Shown: positions 56,721-64,000 of the stretch, piece after piece
Layout of the letters: each line of letters starts with the position of its first letter
Numbering within the stretch: position 1 is the stretch's first letter
Source of the DNA: Patescibacteria group bacterium
GTDB lineage: Bacteria; Patescibacteriota; Patescibacteriia; UBA9570
DNA length: 64,000 bases
Direction: 5' to 3'
Assembly (NCBI GenBank): GCA_041665365.1
Contig: JBAYIY010000002.1
Coordinates: 2,178-66,177 of the forward strand
Notes under the pieces: model-generated
What the model was told of the DNA's origin: nothing
Database searches by the model: none
Seen by the model: only the letters and a program-made list of their open reading frames with translations
Position numbers and translations under genes: made by a program

Positions 56721-57443
56721 TTATGGTTGATAAGTGTTTAATAGTGCTTTGGTATATTTCATTAGCCCGTAATTATACTGATACTGCATGCGCATCGGGC
56801 CAAGCAACGCCATGGTGCCGGCCACATTGGCAGCACGATAGGGTGTCACCAACACGCTACAATACCGGCTAATAGGATTATCACTCCCGACATAAAACGT
56901 AATATCATCATCTGGCTCGGTGCTGTGCAATTTCATCATGACATCATCTAAGTGATCAATTAATTGAGTAAAGCGTAACATCTCATTAACGCTCTTAAAT
57001 TCTGGCTTACTAAATAAGTTTGAAATACCAGTATAAAAGAAACTACTCCGGTTTAAACTAATCAGTATCGCCTCTTGTGATTTCGCCGCCACGCCTTTCA
57101 TGACAGTTTTAATCATCCCCTCTGTGCCTTGATCGGACACCACTTTGGTTAATTGTCTTAACTCTTCTTGGCTAGCTGTATCCAATTCGTTTTTGCTATC
57201 CAAGAATTCTTCCAAAAAATAGCGATACCCTTGTTCGGTTGGTATCCGCCCGGCGGATGTATGCGGCTGAATAATCAGGCCAGCGTCTTCTAATTCCTTC
57301 ATTTCATTGCGAATTGTCGCTGAAGATAGATCTAAACCCAACTTATCCACAAGCAATTGTGAAGGAACCGGTTTGGCCTCAACGCCGTATTCTTCAATAA
57401 TCCCCAATAAAAGCGCTTGTTTTCTATCAGATAAGGCAGCCAT
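56721..57443 (-). CDS. hrcA: Heat-inducible transcription repressor HrcA
   Basis: MAALSDRKQALLLGIIEEY...LSSATIRNEMKELEDAGLI. Start placed at MAALS because the CIRCE element lies immediately upstream. Confidence 0.85.
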   Translation of the reverse strand: MAALSDRKQALLLGIIEEYGVEAKPVPSQLLVDKLGLDLSSATIRNEMKELEDAGLIIQPHTSAGRIPTEQGYRYFLEEFLDSKNELDTASQEELRQLTKVVSDQGTEGMIKTVMKGVAAKSQEAILISLNRSSFFYTGISNLFSKPEFKSVNEMLRFTQLIDHLDDVMMKLHSTEPDDDITFYVGSDNPISRYCSVLVTPYRAANVAGTMALLGPMRMQYQYNYGLMKYTKALLNTYQP

Positions 57444-57460
57444 AACTGTATGATAAATAA

Positions 57461-57487
57461 TTAGCACTCCCCTGTCAAGAGTGCTAA
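57461..57487. promoter_or_regulatory. CIRCE operator (HrcA binding site)
   Basis: TTAGCACTC-N9-GAGTGCTAA, a perfect consensus, 17 nt upstream of the hrcA start. Confidence 0.9.
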
Positions 57488-57519
57488 TTATATGTTTGAT
57501 CAAGTATTTCTTTTGTAAC

Positions 57520-57921
57520 TCAGCGATAATGACGTAAATTGTCCAAGGGTACAACACCCATCATTCTTTTACACCTCGTAGCAATTTCAGTAGGCATCAC
57601 CTTAGTTTTCTCCCAAAATGCCAAAGCACCTAAATTTTTGGTTTGTTCCATAATCTCCCGACCGGCCAGGTTTGATAGCATAATAACAGGAATATTATTG
57701 GTAGTAGTATCTGACTTCAGTTTCTTTAAAACCTCAATACCACTCATATCCTCCATAATAATATCAAGCAAGATTAGGTTAGGGTGAAGAGCGCGAGCTT
57801 GGGCTAGGCCGTAATTACCACCATCCGCCGTTTCTAGTTTCATCCCGACATGCTGAAATGCAATGAAGTAAAGCATTGCTTGATCAAGGTCATCTTCAAT
57901 TAGCAGCACTTGCTTAGTCAT
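57520..57921 (-). CDS. Response-regulator receiver domain protein (CheY-like, no output domain)
   Basis: LLIEDDLDQAMLY...LILLDIIMEDMSGIEVLKKLK...PVIMLSN. Confidence 0.75.
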   Translation of the reverse strand: MTKQVLLIEDDLDQAMLYFIAFQHVGMKLETADGGNYGLAQARALHPNLILLDIIMEDMSGIEVLKKLKSDTTTNNIPVIMLSNLAGREIMEQTKNLGALAFWEKTKVMPTEIATRCKRMMGVVPLDNLRHYR

Positions 57922-57925
57922 ATCA

Positions 57926-59560
57926 TTACGATTTGGTCAGTTCAACGTAAAATGTCGTTCCTTTGCCTTCACCTGGGCTAATGAAGTAAATCTTACCACC
58001 CGGATGAGCTTCAATGATTTTCTTTACAATAAATAATCCTAAGCCAGACCCATCAGCATAAGAGTTAACAGCATTTCTCGCACGTGTAAATTTCTCAAAT
58101 ATCTTGGGTTGATCATCTACGGGTACACCAATACCTGAATCACTAATTTTTACAATGACTTTGTTAGTCCCTATTTCAGGTAATAGTAGTTCCATCTTTA
58201 CAAAGCCTTTGGGTGTATATTTGATGGCATTATCAACGATATTAAACAAAGCATTTTCAAGATAATGCTCATTGCCGGAAACCATGACAGCCTTGTCACT
58301 CGCTACCTGCTCATAGGTAAGGGTAATTTTGCTTGCGTCGGCCTTTTCTTGAAGATCAGTATAAACTTTTTTTAATAGCTTCTGCACATCTAACGGTTTA
58401 ATAGCTTCCTTGGACAGGTGAAAATTCATAATATCCATTTCTGATGCCTGCAAAATATCGTTAATGATACAAGTGAGTTTCCTGGATTTTACAAAAATAC
58501 CTTCAAGTAACTTGGCCTTCTGGTCTGGCGGTAGTTGGTCTATTGTTCCGTCCTGCATCAACGATAGTGTACCGGTGATTAGGGATACAGGCGTACGGAG
58601 TTGATGGGATGCCACTGTCAAAAAATCAGATCGCGCTTTAATGAGTTGCTCGATGGCTTGGTTTTGTTTGATTTCTAGAAGAATATTTTTGATCAATGCA
58701 ATACCAAATATTATAGTCAGTAAAAATGTAACTGTCGTCACAATACGTAGTGTTTCAACTTGACTAATAAAAATCATGGAAAAATTCAGCGTGGCTAAAG
58801 AAAATACCAATGCGAAAGAACCTACAAGTTTGATGTTAAACGTTTTATATTTTACTATGCCGTACATAAGGAAACCGATAAATATAGGCATGCCTATCAA
58901 ACCAACTTGTGCTAACGTCCAGTTCTCTGTAAAACTTCCTATTAGGTTACCCGAAGAAAATGCTATTAAAAATAGTACGATTCCAATACCAAAGATCATT
59001 ACCTCTTTCTTTCTCGTAGGGGTAGAAATTTTTCTGTATTCAAAAATAGTCAGAAATGTAATTGACAATATAAATACTGATTCAATAATATAAGTAAAAT
59101 ATTGAGCCATAAAACCTTCTATGGCATTACATGTACTTACATTTACACCAATCAGACTATAGTTGGTCGGTAAAAGTAAAACTACAGGCAAATATAAAAG
59201 TATAGCTAACAGTTTCCATTTTAATAACAAGTCTTTGTTTTTAATAAATATATACGCTAAATAGAAACATATTAGATAGACGAACGGTTCAACTAAGATT
59301 TGTAACGACCAGAAGAACAAAACAACATCTGGTCTATTTGTCGCCCATACTATCAAATCAAATAAACACCATAAAGAAAACAAAATACTAACTGTCAGTA
59401 AAGATATTCCTACTTTAGATTTACCACTTCTATAAAAAACAAGAAATCCTACAAGTAATGCTACAATTATAGCTGGAATATGTGAGTAGAAAAAAAGAGT
59501 AGGTATGTTACTTGAATAAATAAAGTATTGAGCTGTTTCCCAGGGACATAATTGTTCCAT
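57926..59560 (-). CDS. Sensor histidine kinase with an N-terminal 7TM-type membrane sensor domain
   Basis: Multi-TM N-terminal domain; HisKA FLTVASHQLRTPV; HATPase GSGLGLFIVKKIIEAH. Confidence 0.8.
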   Translation of the reverse strand: MEQLCPWETAQYFIYSSNIPTLFFYSHIPAIIVALLVGFLVFYRSGKSKVGISLLTVSILFSLWCLFDLIVWATNRPDVVLFFWSLQILVEPFVYLICFYLAYIFIKNKDLLLKWKLLAILLYLPVVLLLPTNYSLIGVNVSTCNAIEGFMAQYFTYIIESVFILSITFLTIFEYRKISTPTRKKEVMIFGIGIVLFLIAFSSGNLIGSFTENWTLAQVGLIGMPIFIGFLMYGIVKYKTFNIKLVGSFALVFSLATLNFSMIFISQVETLRIVTTVTFLLTIIFGIALIKNILLEIKQNQAIEQLIKARSDFLTVASHQLRTPVSLITGTLSLMQDGTIDQLPPDQKAKLLEGIFVKSRKLTCIINDILQASEMDIMNFHLSKEAIKPLDVQKLLKKVYTDLQEKADASKITLTYEQVASDKAVMVSGNEHYLENALFNIVDNAIKYTPKGFVKMELLLPEIGTNKVIVKISDSGIGVPVDDQPKIFEKFTRARNAVNSYADGSGLGLFIVKKIIEAHPGGKIYFISPGEGKGTTFYVELTKS

Positions 59561-59585
59561 AACTGTATTCTACATGTAAATGTTG

Positions 59586-60515
59586 TTAATGGGAAGTTGA
59601 ATATAAGAAGTAACTACCTATTAAGATAGTTCCGATAGAAATAATCTTATGGAATAAATGTTTTTTGGAGATTTTCTCAGATATAAACTTTGGAAAAAAT
59701 ATTGTTAATAGTACGGCGCTAAGAAAAACAAAAAGGGATTGATAACTATTTACAACAAACACCAGGGCTACAGGGGCGATCAATATAGCAAAATTGTTTG
59801 CAAGGCCACCAACTATATATAAAAGCTCGCTTACTACATTGAGAGACAAGACATTTAGTTTCGGCGCAGTAATCATAGCGATAAAATTTTGTCTAAATTT
59901 TTTATAAAAAATTAGAACTACTATTCCAAAAATTGTCAGCCCAACATATTGCCAAAAAATCGATACCCAATAACCATTCTCAAGAGCTAATTTTTTAAAT
60001 AAAACTCCACTGACAGCAAATAAAAAGGAAGCAGAAATTATTAACGATAGGACTTTCTTTTTTAAAGTAAATTTGTTATTTATATCAATCTCCACGGAAA
60101 GCATTAAAATACCTAATAAAATTAATAAGGAAGAAAAGATCTGAGGTACGTTAAGTGACTCTCCAAGAAGAAAATAACCTAAAATATAACCAAAAATAGG
60201 GTCAAGCTGAAACAATGGGATTACTGTTGAGGCTTCTTCTATGTCCATTGCTTTCAAGTAAAAATAAAAAGCCATAGCACCCAAGAAACCAATAAATGAC
60301 AATACAAAAAAATTGTTTAGAGATATATTGAAAATTGCAGAAAAATGAAAGTAGACAATAAATGGTAAAATAATAAATGAAGAAAGGGAAGAAAAAATAA
60401 GAATAGCACCAACACCCCTGCCCTCTTGATATCTAGAAAGAATATGTTTATCAATATGATTAACAACACCCCAGAGAGTCGGAGCTACTAGTGACAATAT
60501 AAACCAGTTCGGCAT
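59586..60515 (-). CDS. DMT/EamA family transporter
   Basis: 10-TM protein with duplicated EamA-like halves. Confidence 0.6.
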   Translation of the reverse strand: MPNWFILSLVAPTLWGVVNHIDKHILSRYQEGRGVGAILIFSSLSSFIILPFIVYFHFSAIFNISLNNFFVLSFIGFLGAMAFYFYLKAMDIEEASTVIPLFQLDPIFGYILGYFLLGESLNVPQIFSSLLILLGILMLSVEIDINNKFTLKKKVLSLIISASFLFAVSGVLFKKLALENGYWVSIFWQYVGLTIFGIVVLIFYKKFRQNFIAMITAPKLNVLSLNVVSELLYIVGGLANNFAILIAPVALVFVVNSYQSLFVFLSAVLLTIFFPKFISEKISKKHLFHKIISIGTILIGSYFLYSTSH

Positions 60516-60518
60516 AAA

Positions 60519-61553
60519 TTATTGATTTTCCCCCGATATTTCTCCTTCAACAATTGCAAAACTTCGATCCACAAAAGATCTCTTATAGGTAAAAAAAATT
60601 GAAATTGAAACGAGCACGCTAACTATCAAAATCACCATTAAAATTGTTGACTTTGCATTCATCTGTTGAATAAACTTTTTATATCTTACTATATTGTAGA
60701 CAAGGAAACCTATAAAAAACGGCATACCAAACAAACCATATTGGCCGTAGGACCAGTTGCCGGTGTAGCTGCCGACAACATTTCCCAGTGCGAACGAGAT
60801 CAGGAAGAAGATTAGCCCACATAATACAGTTAAAGCTTCCGATTTTTGAGCCTGTTCTTTAGAGTTAAAATATTTTTTAAGCACCAAGACTAGTGCCCAC
60901 CCCATGAAGATGGTTTCAATATAATAATTGGCGAAGACCAATGCTCCTTCCACTGCATTACGATCACAATTTGTGAGATCAAAGCTCTCCAAGTTAAAAT
61001 GCGTGGGCAACAAGATAAAAGTCGGTAAAAGAAGAACCCCTGCAATCATAGCGGATTGAAATGACAAAGGCTTTTTATTGAGGAAAAGGTAGGTGAAATA
61101 AAGACAGACAAAATAAATCAGCGGATCGATAAGATTAGTTATTGCCCAAAAAAACATGACATACTGAGGTTGATCTGTCGCCCAGACAATCATATCCGCC
61201 ATAGACCAAATAAAGAACAAGGATACAATGATCAGTAATGCGCGGGTCAGAGGATTATTTCTGCTTTTGCGAAAAACATATAATCCAAAAATGAGCGACA
61301 ATAGTGCTGGTATGAAATGGGAGTAGTAGACGACTTGATCAAACACATTTTCTGAAAAAAAGAAAAAGTACACAGGTGACCATTCACAGGCCTGTATTTC
61401 AGCGCTGACAGTTGCAATAGGTACAGGTGTGGCTCCCTTAACCAATAAAACCGAAATATCTTCCACGACAATATTCCTATAAAAAGAAGCACTAATTGCT
61501 ATGGCCCCAGCGAGTAGAAAAAAGTATAAAATTATTTTAGTGCGCTTTTCCAT
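60519..61553 (-). CDS. Stand-alone 7TM sensor-domain protein, paralog of the N-terminal domain of kinase 57926..59560
   Basis: Shared blocks SLFFIWSMADMIVWATDQPQYVMFFW...YFVCLYFTYLF versus SLWCLFDLIVWATNRPDVVLFFW...YLICFYLAYIF, and CDRNAVEG versus CNAIEG. No kinase domain. Confidence 0.6.
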   Translation of the reverse strand: MEKRTKIILYFFLLAGAIAISASFYRNIVVEDISVLLVKGATPVPIATVSAEIQACEWSPVYFFFFSENVFDQVVYYSHFIPALLSLIFGLYVFRKSRNNPLTRALLIIVSLFFIWSMADMIVWATDQPQYVMFFWAITNLIDPLIYFVCLYFTYLFLNKKPLSFQSAMIAGVLLLPTFILLPTHFNLESFDLTNCDRNAVEGALVFANYYIETIFMGWALVLVLKKYFNSKEQAQKSEALTVLCGLIFFLISFALGNVVGSYTGNWSYGQYGLFGMPFFIGFLVYNIVRYKKFIQQMNAKSTILMVILIVSVLVSISIFFTYKRSFVDRSFAIVEGEISGENQ

Positions 61554-61670
61554 TTTTTTCTTAGTACACTTTCAAAATTTATGGTATCCAGGCTTGTTCA
61601 CATGAATGAATTGTACGATCTAGTTTACTCTTTAAGTTAAATTGTAGCATACAAAACTGTTTTATCAAAC

Positions 61671-63047
61671 TTATTTCTTATACTGCACACTCGCCACAGC
61701 CATGGCTTGATGCAAAAAACCGGCAAAGCGACGCATGGCGTCAGTTACACCCTGATCAACCTTATGATTAGGGGTTATTTTTGGCAAGATAACCCCAACG
61801 AAACCCACGGAAACGTCATTATTGAGTAATGGAAGGATGTATTGAGTATTAGAATTAAGTTGTTTCATAAATTTGTGTGAAACAGCGTCGATCGATAGCA
61901 TGGTGTTATTTTTTAGAAGATTCGTCATATGATCATCAGGTTGCACTTGAACCAGTTCGTCCCCCACCTTAAAAAAGGTATTGTTTTGGGAATCGAATAG
62001 AAAAATATCAGTGGTAACAATGTCAAATTCATCAACTAAGTATAGTTTTATTCTTTGTATCAACCATTCCACGGACATATCCATCGGCCGATGTTCCGGT
62101 AAAGCAAAGCACAGCGATGATTGTTTACTGAGATAATGACTAAAATGTAACAATATAACCATATCAATTACACCAATTACAAATAACACAACCGCCTGTA
62201 CAACAAATAAATTTGTAAACTGCTGTATTAGATATGATACTGCAATCAATACAATAACCAACATGCTAATAATAAATCCAAGAATTATTTGCCCACGTAA
62301 ACGAATAGTGATATCAAACAAACGATACCGAGTTATGGCATAAGCTGTAGTGGTTGTCCAAACACTGGTTATGGTGGCACTTAAAATCAGCACACTAACA
62401 AATTGATCTGAACCCAATAAGTAAAGTTTATCAGGCCAGATGATACCAAATATTAACGGGATAATAATCGTACAAAGAGTAGCTAATAATGAAAATAATA
62501 AACTATTACGGACTAATGATTGTCTGGCATTTTCTAACTTAGATGTTCCAGATTTAACTACGCGAAAAAATAATAAATAGAGTGCCAATGTTATCATGAC
62601 AGCAAATGCCCCATAATAAAACATCATCCCCCAAGAATTTGATTCTATTATATAGTTATGATATTTAGAACCAACATAAAGACGTGAACCGACACCAATT
62701 ATTGGTATCATCATACACACAAGAACTAACACAATAAAACCAATCATTTTAATCCATGGCAACACTTTTGTTTCTGAATAGTTTACTAAAAAACCTAAAG
62801 TACTAAACATAATTAAATACCCAAATAAAAATTCTACTCTATCAATAAAATTATTACCATATATGCCATGATCGGTATATTGAGAAAACCAAAAAAATAT
62901 TTCCCAGATAACCATGGAACTCAACGCGATGCTAAACCACAAGATAGTTTTGTTCCAGCGACCTTTAGCAATTAGTATAATTGATACAATCGCATCAAAG
63001 GCGATGGTGATTGGTAGAACATATTTTAGAATGGTGATGAGAAGCAT
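61671..63047 (-). CDS. Polytopic membrane protein with a C-terminal soluble domain (possibly GAF-like)
   Basis: About 10 TM segments followed by about 150 aa of cytoplasmic domain. No kinase motifs. Confidence 0.45.
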   Translation of the reverse strand: MLLITILKYVLPITIAFDAIVSIILIAKGRWNKTILWFSIALSSMVIWEIFFWFSQYTDHGIYGNNFIDRVEFLFGYLIMFSTLGFLVNYSETKVLPWIKMIGFIVLVLVCMMIPIIGVGSRLYVGSKYHNYIIESNSWGMMFYYGAFAVMITLALYLLFFRVVKSGTSKLENARQSLVRNSLLFSLLATLCTIIIPLIFGIIWPDKLYLLGSDQFVSVLILSATITSVWTTTTAYAITRYRLFDITIRLRGQIILGFIISMLVIVLIAVSYLIQQFTNLFVVQAVVLFVIGVIDMVILLHFSHYLSKQSSLCFALPEHRPMDMSVEWLIQRIKLYLVDEFDIVTTDIFLFDSQNNTFFKVGDELVQVQPDDHMTNLLKNNTMLSIDAVSHKFMKQLNSNTQYILPLLNNDVSVGFVGVILPKITPNHKVDQGVTDAMRRFAGFLHQAMAVASVQYKK

Positions 63048-63107
63048 ATTTGATTATTTTAAATTTGAATGCCCACACACTACACCATTCACAAAATTAC
63101 ACAATAC

Positions 63108-63196
63108 CTTTTAGCGCCGTCGCTGAAATTTTTGTTGAAAAAACTACTCAAACTATGGCAAATTTGGCTAAAAACTTTGTTAGCGCCGTCGCACGT
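63108..63196 (-). repeat. Two-box repeat element, copy G (inverted orientation), upstream of the 61671..63047 membrane protein gene
   Basis: Minus strand reads CGTGCGACGGCGCTAACAAAG...CAACAAAAATTTCAGCGACGGCGCTAAAAGG. Confidence 0.6.
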
Positions 63197-63200
63197 TGAA

Positions 63201-63653
63201 TCAAATTTTCACCAATTTCTTCACTTTATCAACCACCTCACTGGGTTGATACCGTGCCTTCACCCAGAAATCTACTGCCCCTAGTTTTTGCGCGCGCTCT
63301 AAGTTCTCGTTTTTTATACCCTCATCAAGGTTAGTAAATACAACAACGGGAATGTTTTTAGTCTGTGGATTATTTTTCAATGCACTCAAGAGATTAAAAC
63401 CAACCTCCTTATTTATGGCATCGGGTATACCACTTTGTTTAGGCAAAACCAGATCGAGCAGAATTAGCTGCGGTTGTTCAGTTTCGGCTAAAGATATGGC
63501 CTGAGTTGTATCTGTAGTCGTTGACAAACGGCACTGGCCATCCACTAAGAATTTGTGTTTGTACATGTCAATCAACATCTGATCATCGTCAATTAGTAGA
63601 ACTTTGGGTTTAATTCCATTCATAAAAATAATTGTAACAGTTTTATCAAGCAA
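63201..63653 (-). CDS. Response-regulator receiver domain protein (no output domain)
   Basis: VLLIDDDQMLIDMY...LILLDLVLPKQSGIP...PVVVFTNL. Confidence 0.75.
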   Translation of the reverse strand: MLDKTVTIIFMNGIKPKVLLIDDDQMLIDMYKHKFLVDGQCRLSTTTDTTQAISLAETEQPQLILLDLVLPKQSGIPDAINKEVGFNLLSALKNNPQTKNIPVVVFTNLDEGIKNENLERAQKLGAVDFWVKARYQPSEVVDKVKKLVKI

Positions 63654-63721
63654 TGACCATAGGCTTTTTACTACTTACTTCAGCGTCTTCAGTTTCTTCT
63701 CATCTTTTCAGCGATCCGTTT

Positions 63722-64000
63722 TTTACTTCACAAACAGTCTCACTAACCGTAATTCATCATAACTATAGCTCTCCCCTAGTAGGGTGCGCACGGGGCTAAG
63801 AGTCATAGCGCCACCAATTTTTTTAAACGCTTGAATGATAGTAGCAACACGTGGCCCATCTGGTTTTAGATAGGCAATATCAAGTTGCGGATCAACGATT
63901 AATAATTTTTCAATATGGCTAACTATCGTACTCGCAGCAACCTCACGCTGTTTGGCTATGTCGGCAATGGTGAGTTTTTGTTGAAGTAACTGCTTAGTTA
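63722..64000 (-). CDS. C-terminal fragment of a CDS running off the window end; HTH-containing tail (helicase-associated HTH_40-like)
   Basis: Manual translation gives ...LTIADIAKQREVAASTIVSHIEKLL...LSPVRTLLGESYSYDELRLVRLFVK* with the stop at 63722-63724. Confidence 0.35.

Overview
This 64-kb window looks like a compact, gene-dense, low-GC (~38-40%) bacterial chromosome segment. Most genes are on the minus strand. Gene content and the many small hypothetical proteins fit a reduced-genome lineage, possibly Patescibacteria/CPR such as Saccharibacteria, but that is inference only.

Recognisable blocks, in order:
- an NAPRTase-like gene translationally coupled to a HemK-type methyltransferase / GTP-cyclohydrolase-II fusion;
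- a polar amino-acid ABC transporter (substrate-binding protein, permease, ATPase);
- an accessory-looking region (4.5-13.9 kb) of secreted proteins and lipoproteins in which every intergenic gap carries a repeated element. One gene there is a strongly GC-rich, foreign-looking M23 peptidase with FG-GAP and Cys-rich repeats, interrupted by an in-frame TAA;
- a pseudo-asparaginase operon, ssb, and a dcw fragment (mraZ-rsmH-ftsL-ftsI-murF);
- a sensor kinase and an alpha-glucan locus (glgA, two GT4 glycosyltransferases, GT35 phosphorylase, a GDE-like hydrolase, a HAD-IIB phosphatase);
- cysDN, a secreted BNR-repeat protein, a subtilase, tRNA-Gln(CUG), dnaX, a VirB4/AAA_10-type ATPase, corA, cysS, dus;
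- the hrcA-grpE-hsp20-dnaK-dnaJ heat-shock operon with a perfect CIRCE operator;
- a cluster of paralogous 7TM sensor domains (fused to a histidine kinase, standalone, or in a separate membrane protein) with a DMT transporter and two receiver-only response regulators.

The most unusual feature is a two-box intergenic repeat, GCGACGGCG ... TGTGGATAACATTTTTCAGCGACGGC, which contains a perfect DnaA-box nonamer. It has at least eight copies. Two copies sit at junctions where 5' stubs of the M23 gene (promoter, RBS and the first 14 codons) have been copied upstream of tandem lipoprotein paralogs.
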